Shown here: one piece after another, positions 28,401-42,093 of the stretch
How positions within the stretch are numbered: position 1 is the first letter of the stretch
Layout: each line of letters starts with the position of its first letter
Position numbers and translations under genes: made by a program
Notes under the pieces: model-generated
Seen by the model: the letters and a program-made list of their open reading frames with translations, nothing else
Database searches by the model: none
Told to the model about the DNA's origin: nothing
From: Daphnia carinata
Taxonomy: Eukaryota
Assembly (NCBI RefSeq): GCF_022539665.2
Contig: NC_081333.1
Coordinates: 6,510,001-6,574,000, forward strand
Length of the DNA stretch: 64,000 bases
Reading direction: 5' to 3'

Positions 28401-31400
28401 TGCGTTCTATTTTCCACCGGCTTCTTTTGTTCGTCACCTGCTGGCTGCTGCCGTCCGTTCATTTCCCCCTGAAAAACAGTCACCCCTTCCAATTTCCCTT
28501 TCTTTTTTCATCCTTTTTTTCTTTCACCTCTTTTTTTCTCTGCTGCTTTCATACTCCATTGTTTCTAATTGTTCACAAAAAAAAAGCCGTTCTTCTCCTT
28601 TTTGCATCTTTCAGTCCGTTGGCATCCTCATTCTTTTTCTCGTTTGCTTTCTTGTTCTACATTTACAACGGGCTAGTCAGCTATTCTGTACGCATTATTA
28701 ACGGTTGCCGTCGGTGATGCCCCCTTCGACCTGACGTCACAGTCTTTAATACCTGCGCTGCTGGGTTTTCAAGGAAAAAGAAAACAAATATATATATGTA
28801 TACATATATTCTTGTATACATTTCCTTTATCTATCCCAAGTCCGGGAATGCCATCCCCTTTTAGTTGGTGATGTCCGATTCATCCAAAGATCCGTATCAA
28901 GATGAGGGTGCGTGGAAAACGTGACGGCAAATTATCTCCAACTCTTAGGCGTTATTTGTTTAGTTGTTTCCCCCCTATCTTTTCCTTTTTTTTTTTTTTT
29001 TTCTTTTCTTTTTCTTTTCATTTGAAACAAGAAAGAAAAACAAAAGAATGCCATCTTAGCTCTTCGTTTCCTGGGCTCGTAAAGAAAGCAATGTATTAAA
29101 AGTGAATACTACTACAACAATAAATTCTGCGTATCACAGCAATCAATCGAATATCAGCGCAACGAATTAGCAAGCTGCAAGAATGATGTAATTAGAGAAA
29201 AAAAACGTCAGGGCTTGAACCAGTGTCATCTTCAATCACAATTAACGAAATGTACGTTCCGATTCAGCTACGGAAATCTGACCAAAAGTGACCAGCCGGA
29301 AGTGTGGAAGCCTCTAGTATTCCCCCATCTGCTCTGCCTGTCGGGTCTTGCATGTATCCTTTTTCTTACCTTTCCTGTTTTGCGCTCCATCTCGATGTAC
29401 ATAGGGCTTCCGGTAGGCTCTCATCTGCTCTTTCCCCTCTCCCCCGGTCTGCCCAAATTTTCTAAAAAAATTCAATCAAGTCACAACATGCAAGTCTCTT
29501 TGTACGGGCATATAGGCTAACAAAATGTAGCTGTGTGCAGTATACCTGTTGGGTTGCAAGGACTGTTGCGTTCGGATACAACAACAAACAAAAAAAAATA
29601 TAGAAAGAGAGAGAGACAGAAAACAAAACAACACATCCTTCCTGCTTAGATGCATGATTGATTCTTTTTTCCTTAATCGTACATATTGTTTGGCTACGTT
29701 TGCGACGGCTTGATATACCCGCATCTCCTTGTTTACATCTTCTGATCGTTTCTCTGTGAGAAAGACGAAAAATGGGTTCACCGCCTTAGATCGTAACTGT
29801 CCGGTCGGCCCCTACACGGGTCTCTCACAAGCATTTTAAGAGCTGGCAGTAAAAAACAAAACAAAAAAAAAAAAAAAAGCAAGAATGATAAAAGGTAAAA
29901 GACTTTCAATGGCCCTCCTTCTCCGCAGGCTCTAGCAATCCATTATGTTTCTAATAGGGCTTGAAGGGCTCAAATTTGGAGATTGAATTACGAATGAAAC
30001 TGTCCAGCCACAAAATCAAACTTTTTATGCTTGCAGCGCCAGCCATGTCTCAACTGTTGCTCCATCTATTTACTTGATCGTGATAATGTTATAAAACATC
30101 ACAGTTGAGTGGTGATGTGCTCCAGGCAAGGAAAGGGGCCGTCAACCTACTAACGCATCCCTACACTTCCAAAGATACACGTCAATGAGCGTGTATCTAC
30201 CATTTTTAACTCGATTGGCGCTAGATTTGTATCCTTCAGAAAATCGTAAAAAAAACAAGAGATTTAAAAAGATGTGTAAATGCGGATAGAAAAATGTTCA
30301 ACGCTTATGGACATTGGTTAGGTTTCAGACTCGCGGCGTATGGCACTGGGGTTGGGTTAAACGATGAACCCTTTTCCGGATGCCAATGGAAATATGTAAA
30401 TAAAATAGAAACCAAAGAAGGAAAATGGATATGGTCGAACAGTAGCCAGTTTACGCCAACTACCAGCGAGAGGTTTGTCACCTGCCTAAACATTGCCACA
30501 CAACCGCCGTCCTGTACGTGCCACTAAAACAAAAATGAAGAAGGTTTGGCAGGGCCTTTAGCGGTTTTTCAAAGACCAAGTATAAACCAGCAAGAAAAGC
30601 GGGACAGCCGCGTGCAAAACACAGCTTCTTGTCCAACCCATCTCCCGTGACACGCACAATAGCCAAAAAAAAAAAAACGCAGAAACGAAAGCAAATGCAA
30701 CTTCTCTGTAATTTTCAATAATTATTTTCTCTGTAACGGCCCTTGGATCGGCTATTGGATACTAGTGTCATTCGCTATTAAGAGTGCTTTGCTGAAGACA
30801 CTGGAAATAATGTTAAGCATCAAACATATTCCCATTGGTCCATTTATTCACCTACCTATAAACCGGCTTATAGAAATATAGGTATAGCTATTCGTGATGG
30901 CTCTTACACGCCACGACAACAAAGCGCCGGTCTTCGAGAACACTCCAAAATTGATTGGTTACACATAACTATAATCTGTCCCATTTGAACTGTCCTCGTC
31001 CCTTTGTTCCATTGGCTCAGCTCTACGATGTTCTGAATTAACTGCGGATGCGAACTTTTCTAGTCGTCCATGCTACGGAACCCGGAGTCGCATTGACCAT
31101 AAAAAAACTAACGTCTGTTGCACGCATAAATATTTCAGCCTTGTTCAACCCTTTTATATCGAAAAGATGATAGGGATCTACGATGACTTTGCTCATGGGT
31201 ACGCTCCCCAGCGTCGTTCGCCGGAAGATCGAATATTCATGGAAGTCCTTCCTATCGCCTGTCGATGGTGAACATTCTTATCAGAAGCAGCCGAGTGGGA
31301 GAGTGTTGCGTTAATCATTATATCGTACGTGTAGATTTCGAAAGTAAGGTCGTATTATTTTGCGGTATAGGAAGACTTTGTTGCTTTAGTCAAATGAATA

Positions 31401-34400
31401 AAAATTACGCATGTACTAGACGTCTAACCAATAGACGGAATATATTATCCATTCCCCTTTTCCTCAAAAGGTATGAAACGAATTGAGAATCGAAAACAAA
31501 GTTCATCGGAGTTTGCGGTTTTTTACGATATGAATCACGACATTTGTGATGGAATACATGCCGATGCAGTAATCGAGCCGATTTGAGCCAAGGCTTCTTC
31601 CTTGTCTCATCTATTCCCTCTTCCAAAAATTCCGATTTTCATTATGAGGCGTGTTACGGCCTCGAAGTAACGTGACCTTACTACACACAGTTTCACCTAT
31701 GTCGTTCTAAATCGAACTTGCGATTAATCAAATGATGCAGAGCGGCTCGCTTCGACCTTTCCAAACAGGATACACCGAGCCCTTTGTTACGATAATATTT
31801 CACCAAAACCATAACGCATTGCCTCGAGTGCTTTACGGGATTGCCCCAAATGGTACACACAAAAAACCACGCATCGTTAAGTGCTGCGAAACAATCTGGG
31901 AAACTCTAGACATTTCATTAGCCAAAGATACCTAATAAGATATCCATATGTCCAGCTTTGAAACCATAAAAAAGTTGTCGAGCCGGGCGTTAACCGACGC
32001 CGTACCGGATCGAAACTGGGTGTAGTCTAAACCGGTTAAACTGTAGCATCAAGTAAGTGACGCGCTCATACAACATATGTCAACCGGGTCACTGACCAGT
32101 GGCATATGTGTGTAATCTACGCTTCAGGAAAAGTGCTCTGCAGCAATCGGCTCGAATTTTCGTCGGTATGAGGGTTTTATATTTTTTATCAATCATAACC
32201 GGAAGCGAATTTAAGAGCATTTTAACGGATTCTTTCGGCTGTCAGCGTTTGTGTTTGCTGTGTCAAGCGCAATTTCTGCTCGTGCTTGCCAAGACAAGAA
32301 GGGAGCAGCTGCATCTGCAATGTGAACGACCAGACCCGGTGTTGTCGTTGAATGCCAGCCAGCGATTGCACGCCGACAAAAGGTGGTGCAACGGAACTAC
32401 ACGAAAACGGAAAATCTACGCTTTTAAAGGGGGAAGCGAATAAAAAAAAGTGACGAGCGTCCGTCCAACCTCGTAGATTACACAGTAGCTCGATTCTATT
32501 TTGGGGATTTGGCAACCGTTGAATGTCTTCATTTCTAAAATTGCCAACAGAACTTACGTGTGTTACACAACGAGTGAGGGCTTTGGAAGATATCTGAAAA
32601 CGAAGAGAAACTCACAGTTTTGGGCTACCCCTCCATCTATCTTTTGATTTCTCCTCTTAAAAATATGCATGCAAAAAGAACAACAAGTATTCATCGAGTC
32701 ATCAGTTCTTGTTTTGATCGGATTTAGCCAACCACGTTGCGAAAGACAAGGCAAAGACCTGGCTGCTTACTTTGGTAGATTGTCACATTTTTAAACAAGC
32801 GTCAATCTGCAGCGGATTTGTGTCCAACAATATCAATTAATACTCTTCTGATTGCATGATACGAAGACATTTTTTTAATGTTTATCTCGTTATGTGTTGT
32901 GTGATTTCTCCACAGTGCGTGCAGACTTATCGAAGTATCTTTTGGTCATCCTCGCTTTCACGTTTGGCAAACAAAATGTTTTGTTTCCGATTGCTAACCC
33001 TTATGCGAAAGGTGAGAAACTTGCCGATTAAAGATGTAAGCATTCAGTGGTAAAGACTGAAAAAAAATCAGAACAAACAAACAAAACGAACAAACAAAAT
33101 AAAACTCAAGAACCACATGATGCTATTTGGATCGGGTGCTATAAAAATTTCGGCAAATGGTAATCGATTAAAATGTTTTATTTGTTTTTGTCTTTTTGTT
33201 TTATTTGGTTTGCCAAAACATGCGAGCCGAAATCTAGTCGTTAAAAGCGCTGAAGGAGGTACGGTAAAGAGAAGGAAAAAAAAAAATAAAAAAAAAATAT
33301 AGAATAAAATAAAACAGAAATAAGAAAGACCATAAAGATGAGAAAACGAGCAAAAGGGTAAGGCCACCAACGGTGAAACCCATCCATGTGGCTGAGCGCA
33401 TTGCCAGAGTGAATCAGTGCTTGATCTGCAGCATGGCCGGTAACCGCTGAGGGTGATCGGCCAGAAATAGTCCTCTACGCGATATGTCCTTGCGTCTTTT
33501 TGGGTGGTGGGAATGGGAGGGCGGGAGGGGACGCTTCAACGCTAACGTGAACATATCAGTACAATCAACCGACCCTGGGAGAGCGCGACGAACATTCGAC
33601 CTCGTCCCACGTAAAAATCGGAGTTAGCTTGATTTACTACCGGACTGGGCGCGGACACCCCACCAAAAATAATCATCGAGAGAGTGGTTGAAAGTAAGAA
33701 AGAAAAAAAAAAGAAAACGAAAGCAGAAAGGAAACTCCGTGGAGGTCACCGCCTTTTTGACTGGTCGCGCTTCTATAAATTAACCACCCCTTTTTTTCTT
33801 ATTGCCGTGTCACTGTAATGACTCCAGATAAGGAGGGGAAAAAAAATAAAAGGTTTAAAGTAAAAGGTGATAGGACGTAGCAAGTCGAGAACGGAAAGCA
33901 GAGTGCGACAAGCGCTCAACAGCACAAAGAAGAAACACGTACTCGGGACGTAGAGGCTGCCGCGAGACAAATAAAAAAGCAAAGGGATCGAGGCCTTTGG
34001 CTCCATAACGCACGCCAACACGACACGGATGTGTCAGACAGGACCAGGGGAATTTTACTTCCATGGCGCCTCGACCTGCCTCTCCCTCTCTCTCGCCCTT
34101 TCCCTGGCTCTCCATCTCTCTGACTCTGCCCCGTTTTAGCGTTACTGGCGGCCTCTCGCTTCCTATTTATTCTGTAGATTCTTCCCTATTTCAACTGCCT
34201 CACCAAACAGGGAAGCAACAGATAGCGAAGACTACCCGCAGTGCAGCCATATCTGTATGTCTCGGAACTCGGTGTCGATCCTCGAAGCCCGCGGTTTTAG
34301 CTATCGCTATCTTGTGCAACCGCTTTCGACAACGAAAACGAAAAAAAAAAAAAGGAGGAAAAAAAAAGAAAAAGAAAAAGAAAACGAAAAAAAAGAAAAC

Positions 34401-37400
34401 ATTTCCAAAACTCTGGTGACGTTAAACAGTCTCCAGGATGACAAGGAATAAAATCAAGAAAATAAAAAGAAAGACGACAGTGACAGGAGTCACCGGAAAG
34501 CTTTTTCACGTCTCCCCTTGAATTCCTCAGGTATTCCAATAACATGACGTGCCACCAGCGGTTCAACCCCAAGCGGGTGGTGCTGCGCTCACGACCGCGT
34601 GTGGCCCTTCGTGTACTAGACTATATCCTTTCCAAAAAGGCGAAAGGTCATGCCAGTCTAGCATTCCTTATCGACAACTTCTATGCGCGCAACTCGTACT
34701 ACGTATCCGAGTAATGGCCTTGAGTGCTGCTTTCATTTCAAATGCTCGCCCGTAGTGTCTGTTAAATCAGTTAATCGTTTTGATGTTGTCCAAATCATAC
34801 GGTAATCAGAGCAACAATTACCATGACCTAATGCTTCGGTTTGGACACATTTAACTTCGAGTTTTTTTTTCTTTTACAAGAAATTTCACGTTGAGCCAAA
34901 CAAATTTAGATCACAAGTCTAAATCTTTATCACAGATTACGAGTTTGCATAAAAATTAAAGAATTTTATTTGAATGATTTCTATTTAAGTTTGAGTTTCT
35001 CGTTCTAAAATAGAACGAAAAAAAAACAAAAATGAGATAAAAATGAGATATATGATCACATGGAACCATATCGATAGTGACCTATATACATAAGCAAAAT
35101 ACCCAATACATGTACAAGAATCGCTCTCATAGCGTGATCTCATATTCGGGATTAGAAAGTTGTTCAGAGCTTGGACGCAGTGGGTGATATTCGGGGAAAG
35201 CAGAAGGGGGGGGGGAGGATTTGAATGATCACTTTGTGTCCTTCTCTCTTGTAGATGTTATGATAGTGTGGAACATAGTCTATATTGCAGTATCAATTTT
35301 CCACATCGGTGTCCTAAACTGCAAAACGTTTGCCTTTACTTTCCATCGTATTAGATTATTCTGTGTATGTACACATATTTTTCGTTCGTTACTAAACGAT
35401 ACCATAGTTACAATTACTTTCTCTAATGGCTATAAGTTCCGTTAAGTATTTGCTGATCTAAATGTTTGCAGAATTTTTGTTGAACAACAATTACCCTCGT
35501 GTTACCGAGCTGTTTGAGGAACCCAAATAAAACATGTGGTTGATGCCACCAGCTTTGTAAAGGTTTTTCGACCAGCAGACAGCGAATCAGAACTCATTGC
35601 CTACAAAAGCAAAGTCATGATGAACACGGAAAACTTGAATTAGATTTTCCTTACTTTACATCAGGTAGCGAAGACGACAATGTTTAGGGTTTCTTTTTTT
35701 TTTTGTGCGAAATTATCATATTTTCGAATGGAAAAATTTCATGCGCCGCCTATACAAGCAATTTAAGTTTTCACAGGCAATTTTAATATTGCGAATCATT
35801 TCCCAACGAGACACGTACGAACCATAATCGGCCATTTATGGAGCGCTTCAGGAAACGAAAAGCGATTTTTGATTTTCGATTTCCCCTGCACAATGAGGGG
35901 CTTTGATTTGTAAGAACAGTGACGAAACACTGATGGTTTTTCTGCACCAATGACTAATGGCAACCTAATTTATCGACATCCAAAAAAGACTTGTTTCTAA
36001 AAAAATACCCGACCGCCACATTAAATTTCCTCTTGACTGCAGGTTTTATAGTTGATATCTGATCGTAACGAATTTGCTGTTTAGAAGCTAATGAATCAGC
36101 TGTGACCTCGATTAGACCCTTTTAATAGCTAGCGTCGATTTACAAGCAAGGCAGTTAGACAAAGTTGGAAAAAAAAAAGAATCTAGTTCCTTCGTGAGTT
36201 TCTTTAACGTGCTCCGAATTTTATTCCTCTGTTATTAGAAGGCCCGGTTTGCCTTTGGCGCTATGCAGCGGTGGCACTATTTAGCAAAAAAATATGTATA
36301 TTATAATAACATGTGTATATTCTGTAGCAGGGACGCAGTTTTGCGTTCGTTTTTATTTTATTTTATTTTTTTATGATCAAGCTGACTAACATTGTAATTC
36401 ATCTTATTGGAACTTTGCTCAAACAGGAGGTGTCCGAGGAGTAAGCATCACATCAATTCGAGTGCCACCAGCCGTGGAGTATGGTAGCGAGTCTGTGGTA
36501 CTAGACTGCGATTACACGTTGGCTTCGCACGAGAAGCAGGGCCTCGTTGTTCAGTGGTTCTTTCGTGACCATCCTCTTCCTGTATACCAATGGATTCCGG
36601 GCAAGAGACCTCAAGATAATGGACCGCTTAAAGGTCGTCTGAATTTGGAATATCGCGCTTCAGAAGATCCCTATCATCGTCATAGGGCGCTGGAAATCTT
36701 GAACCCATCGACCGATCTAGGAGGCGATTACCGCTGCAAAGTATGAAATGCTTTAGTACTATTCAAGACGATGCTCTTTTACAAATTCCCATGTTCGCGC
36801 GTATTTTATTTTCCGTCTTCCATTTCATAGGTAGCCACATTTGACAACGAAGACAGTCAGAACGCTCAAATGGTTGTGTATGGTAAGCATATGTTCAAAT
36901 CCCTACTCTCTGGTAACACTTACAATTATTTAGTTTGAAGTTCCGCACTGAACGGTTTTTTTTTCTCTTTTTATTCATTTTATTTATTATTGGTTTTTAT
37001 TTTACTGATTCATTTGCCACCGCACCGCTATTTGGTAAGCGTTTATCTCTCCTTCCATGCCATACAATAGCGGTTCACAAAGTGGGACATGCAGTGTAAG
37101 GAAAACATTTTGCCGTTTTGCAGGTTTGTCCCACATTGCGGGTCCCCATAAGAGTAACATTGATAACATTTAGCAACCTGGGTAAGCTTAGGGGTTGTGT
37201 GGTATGAAAGTTTTGCTTGATACTCGGGTTGCTGAAACATGATAATAATTCGAAGTATAAGGAATTAGCTGTGGTCACTGCGGCAGGGAAAACGGTTGTT
37301 AAAAGACCGTGCTTTTCATCACTGGTCAAAAGATCCCGAGGGTTCAGCTCCGGGCAAGCTCCGCCCTTTCCCATTTTGCAGGAATTCTAATTTAGCAAGT

Positions 37401-39644
37401 CTCCCACTTTGTGTACCGCTACTGTATAACGAAACCCCTTGGTTAAAGAAAATGTGGAAGGAATAAGAACACAAATTGGACGTAATTAAAAACAGCATGT
37501 GAAGAACAAAAAAATAAAAAAATTTTAAATAATAAATAAATTAACGTTCAAGAGACCATAATTCTGCAGCCGTTTATACTCAGGTAGCTTAACATTACTT
37601 CTAGCAAAAAATCAATGTGCCAAAAGGTGCAAAAGAATAAATAACATCAACTGGTGCAAACGCATTGCCAATTCTAGTTGTGAGGGGCGACTGAAGCTGA
37701 GCGTTTATTTTTAAAGTCCAATAAATTATTACATAAAAATAGAGGATAAAAGCCAACGGGTATGCATGATGGTAATGCCGCAGATTTGCAAACCACCCAC
37801 ACGTTTTCCCGAACGAAGGCATCGCTGTTTGAATTGGTGAATGCATGAGTCGGCCAGAGACACTCTAATACAATTTGACGATGATTTGACAAAATCTAAC
37901 AAACAAAGCCAAAAAAAAAAACGAAATAAATTACCCCATTTGCTTGGACTCCCTTATCGCGGTAGTCGACATACGAATAGCTGCTATAGTAAACCGGAAT
38001 CCGACGAGCTTTTCCATGCGTAGTCGGCCAACGCAAATCAATAATCTGACAAACTGTACAGTGATTATATTTTGGTTGGTGTTTCTGTATCTGATTGCAG
38101 TACCGGCAGCTTCGTTCACAGTAGAAAAGACCAAACCAACGACATCCTCGGTGAACGTGACCTGTAAGGTCGAAGGCGTTTACCCGCTTCCCCAACTTGA
38201 GTTGATCCAGGAGGACGGACCCCATGGAAATAGGTATTGGAATTTCGCCTATTGTTTGCCTTTCTAGCAATAACTTATTCACCTCCAACATTTACCACGA
38301 AAACCAAAACATTTTTGCTTGGTGTTTGCCTGTGCATTGTACGCGTGTGTGCGTGCGTGCGTGCATATGGTGCAGTATGTAAGTTCTCTGGGCCTGCCGG
38401 CATGCGGGGAGAATGTATAAAATTCGGAAAAGAGGAAAAATATATATATAAGATATAGGTAAAGACACAAGAGGGCAAGAGCATGAAAGAGAAAAACCGA
38501 AGCCAAGGAAAATAAACGGCTCGTGACCTCGCCGTGTCAAAAGCCACTCACGTTCTTATCATTAAAATGCTACATCGACCGGCCGTCGTCGATGGCGCGT
38601 TGCATGGCTGATCATAAAATATATTCATTGCAAAAGTGGGCCACCAGCCCGCAGTTCATCTGACTTGATACTTTATGCTATTCCCATTGTTCTTCTCGAA
38701 TTTACTTTCATTTTCTTGGGATGTTGTGGCTTTTAAACAGGATGGTTGTGAAAGAGGCAACTCTTTACATCTCATCACGTGGTGGCCGCTACGATGCTAC
38801 TTTGTACCGAATTTTGGAAGACGAGCAACTACCGTCCGATACCGCCTTCGAATGCCTCCTTTCTTTGCCCGCCACGGAGTATCAGACTGCGCAGAAGATG
38901 AATTATCAACCAGGTACACATGCCCTCAATTATCTAGAAATGCACATTTTTTTTTCACACGCCTGTTTGCATTTATATTCACTGACCGGGTGACTGTGCA
39001 CGTAATTCTCCAATTCAATCTGATGCTGACGATGGCTTATTATCAGGCACGCCTTTGGATGGCGGTATCATTCCCCAGGCGGCTAATGCTATAAATGAAG
39101 ATCATTCACAAACCGGGATGGGTTCTGGTGGTGGTACAAGCATTCCTTCCGTTTCGGCACCGCACCGTTCTCAGGATGCTATTGCACCTCCAGCAGAGGA
39201 CACAACCGTTGAAGACGATTCCGAGAACGCTAGTGTTTGGCAAAGCGGCACAGGACGAGGCATTCGAGCTCATGAAACCACTACTGGTATTTATAAAGCT
39301 TTTCCAAGATCACCAATCGGTGTTGTTTTCTCTACAAAATTTAATTTTATGTGTAGACTTTAAATAGTCTATTTTAGACTTTAAATAGTCTACATAAAAT
39401 TAAATTTTGTCGGAAAACGATTTTATGATAGAAGTAAAGAGCATATTGCAACCTAAAAGGATGTTAACAATTTTGATGAAATCATCATGTTTGATAAGGC
39501 AATTCAGGCGAGAATGGCTTTTATTCTATATCCTATTTTACGAGCAAGCTTTACGCTTGTTTTCTTTTTTTTTTTTTCTTCTCCGCCTATTCCTGGCTCA
39601 TTGGATCCTGCCCTTCTGAGTTAGCACAGTTTTTATTTTTTTAA
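25455..39644 (+). CDS. Beat-family-like Ig-superfamily cell-surface protein (signal peptide, two Ig domains, S/T-rich linker, hydrophobic C-terminal tail), 7 coding exons, about 371 aa
   Basis: Hand-spliced GT-AG exons with consistent phases: 25455-25512 (MEHSLFFATLSVILLHFNF-G|GTAAGT), 36427-36740 (GVRGVSITSIRVPPAVEYGSESVVLDCDY...VVQWFF...VYQWIPG...DLGGDYRCK), 36831-36882, 38101-38233 (VNVTCKVEGVYPLPQL), 38741-38913 (TAFECLLSLP), 39047-39286, 39499-39644. Both Ig domains have Cys pairs. The last exon is the least certain (it includes a T homopolymer); without that splice the frame stops at 39363. Family assignment is by recognition of the Beat-type Ig pattern. Confidence 0.85.
39325..39418. 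repeat. AT-rich fold-back palindrome with internal 18-bp direct repeat
   Basis: Perfect 18-bp inverted arms ACAAAATTTAATTTTATG (39334-39351) / CATAAAATTAAATTTTGT (39393-39410) around two copies of TAGACTTTAAATAGTCTA (39354-39371, 39375-39392). Confidence 0.9.
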
Positions 39645-40515
39645 AAAACCCGAAAAACTTTAGTTTCCTTTCATCTACCTAAAAAAAAATAAAAAAAAAA
39701 TTACGTAGGTGACCATCTGCACAAGAGAAAGGAAAAATTGGCATAAGGAATTTTCATATTTACTTGCTTGATCACACTAGAGTATTCTGCTGAGCGAGAT
39801 TGCAGAATTAATTTCGCTTGTACCAGTTTGGAGAGCTTAGTGTTGTTATGATTATAAATTCAGAGTTTCTTGTTTTTTTCTTTAATCTAGTTTTTTTTTC
39901 GTTGTTGTTCGAATATTCGTTTAAGAAAGCCTATTTCCAAAGGTTGAAAATGTTCGAAGTTATTAGTTATTTACTCTAGTTCTCAACACCATTTTCTATG
40001 TGACCACAGCACGAATTAACGCTAAGGGAATGCGGAATTTTTAAATCACGTAGTATGCCATCTCTTGCTTAGAACACCAATCTTCAAAATGTATGTTCAC
40101 CAATTTTGGCCTCTTGCGTAGATCGTTTAAAAAGGCTAGCACGAGTATCAAAAGAAACAGAACATGAATAAGAGAATAGTACGTTCAAAATCGAAAATTT
40201 AGTTCTCCATACCCAATGGCCCTTGTTTTCATTTTGGGTCCAAAAGCATGGCATACTAATTAATCTTCTCCCTTTCATTACCGAGATTTGCGCTGTCTCC
40301 TGTGTTTGCGTTCAGAGTACTAGCAAAATGGATTCTTGATGCTTTTGCCTTGTTAACAAATTTAACATATAATTTTTTCTTGCCCAATTCATTTTAGATA
40401 ATGGAGCAAACGTGCATCAACGACCCCGACTCCTAGCGCTTTTGTTGGCGTGTTTCGTCATGGTCAGTCTTTGATTGAATTTCTTGTTCATCCCCGCGTC
40501 CATCTAGTTTCGTCG

Positions 40516-40766
40516 GAGGGTGTAAAACTCAGAAGAACCTCGTACACCTGAAAAAGAATCACAACAAAAATCACAGAAAGAATCGCATTTTTTCTGAAGG
40601 AATCACAAAATCACAGTTGACAGAAAGAATTACTTAATTTGTGCAAGAAAATCATGATTCTTTAGTCGAAAAATCACAAATGAGTCACGTTTTGATTTCA
40701 GAATCAGTCGTGATTCAAGAATTCATGTTCCTTGCGAAAGAGTTTTAGACCTTCTGAGTTTCCCTC
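40516..40766. mobile_element. MITE-like / non-autonomous DNA transposon remnant
   Basis: Inverted repeat AAACTCAGAAG (40525-40535) / CTTCTGAGTTT (40751-40761) with outer GAGGG/CCCTC. It encloses many AATCAC/GAATC/GATTC repeats starting at CACCTGAAAAA (40545). Confidence 0.45.
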
Positions 40767-41861
40767 TTACCCTTGTATACATTTATTCCTATAAAATTAA
40801 TTATCTTTATTGCTTTGACGGTATACAGACGATGAAGCTTCCCTTTGCGCTAACCAAACAGTCAATCTAAACAGTCGATCTTCGCGATCACATAATGTCA
40901 AGCACTTTAAAAAAATATTTCTTTCTATAAATACTATAAATATTTGCAGCTGCAAGCCAGAGTAACACTAGTGTGGTATAAGCTACACACTGTATATGGA
41001 ATGTAACCCCTAACGCTTATCCATGATTTAAAAACATGTTCCTGACAGGCAATGACAGTGGCTTTAGCTTTGTCTTTTGCATGTATTTCCCCCCTCATTT
41101 CATTCTAATTATGTGCCCCACGAGGAACCTTCTCCACCTTCTCAGTATATGGCTTAGTTCATCTCTGCCATCAAACGAAGTTTCTAAAGAACATGAATTC
41201 GTTTCATTTGTGTATTTTTCTATAAAAAAATCTTTTTTGTGTTTGTAGCTACACAGTTAGTCGTGCTAAATGTCTAGTCATCAATGACCAACAGTGGCAG
41301 TGGCCTTGATTTTCTCGTAACGTTTAATAATTTCGAGAATGTGTTATGCAATCAACGCCTAAGATGTATTACCAATATCGACTAACCCTTTTTTTCAATC
41401 CTTCCTCGTTGGTTCTGCAATGGAAAATGGGTGGTATTCAGTGGATACTTAGTAAACATGTTCAACAGCCTTATGAAGAAAAACGTATTCCATGAACAAA
41501 TTCTAGCTGATCTTTCCGAAGTTTTCATAATGTAGAATCATGTATGCCCTTCATATTGTAATCCGCTGGTGGAACCGAAAAGTTCTTTGCCAATATAAAT
41601 ATTTAAAAAAATATATAAAAAATAAAGCTAAGTAAAAAACAAACAAACAGACAAAACGATAAATTGTTACTTTTACAGATCTTAACGTCGTTTTAAAGAA
41701 CATAAGAAAAGCTTCGCAAATAAAAAGGAAAGCCAGCTTATTCCCTGTTGGCTTCCAAGAGAGTCCTGGGGGTAGTGGTGGGCGGGGGGGGGGGGTAAAC
41801 CATAAATATCAATAATTAATACAATAAAATCAACCATAATAAAAAATTACAAGCTCTCATA

Positions 41862-42093
41862 GGCAGGATTTGGTGTTTGCCACATCATTGGGTAGTGAAC
41901 CCAGGCAACCAGGGTAAAGTTAAAATTGTGTTTGATGGCTCTGCAAAATTCAACAGTGTCTCATTGCGTTACAAATTTACAAACAACAATCCTTTATCAT
42001 AATTGGAGGAATTCTGCTTTGTTCGAGAGTTACCAGTAGCAGTTTCAGGAGACATAGAAGCAAAGTAAGAACCAAGTTCGGGTTCATCCAAAG
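41862..42093 (+). mobile_element. BEL/Pao retrotransposon RT fragment
   Basis: GRIWCLPHHWVVNPGNQGKVKIVFDGSAKFNSVSL, then GILL..., PVAVSGDIEAK and QVRVHP. This matches the Pao RT pattern WYLPHH...KVRVVFDASAK...DIE.MY.QV, with frameshifts. Confidence 0.85.

Noticed and set aside
3189..35445. Dozens of 60-250 aa ORFs in the track (e.g. 6512-7060, 18847-19602, 28216-28701)
   Set aside because: They are dominated by poly-F/poly-K from T/A runs, overlap in several frames, and show no motifs or consistent splice structure.
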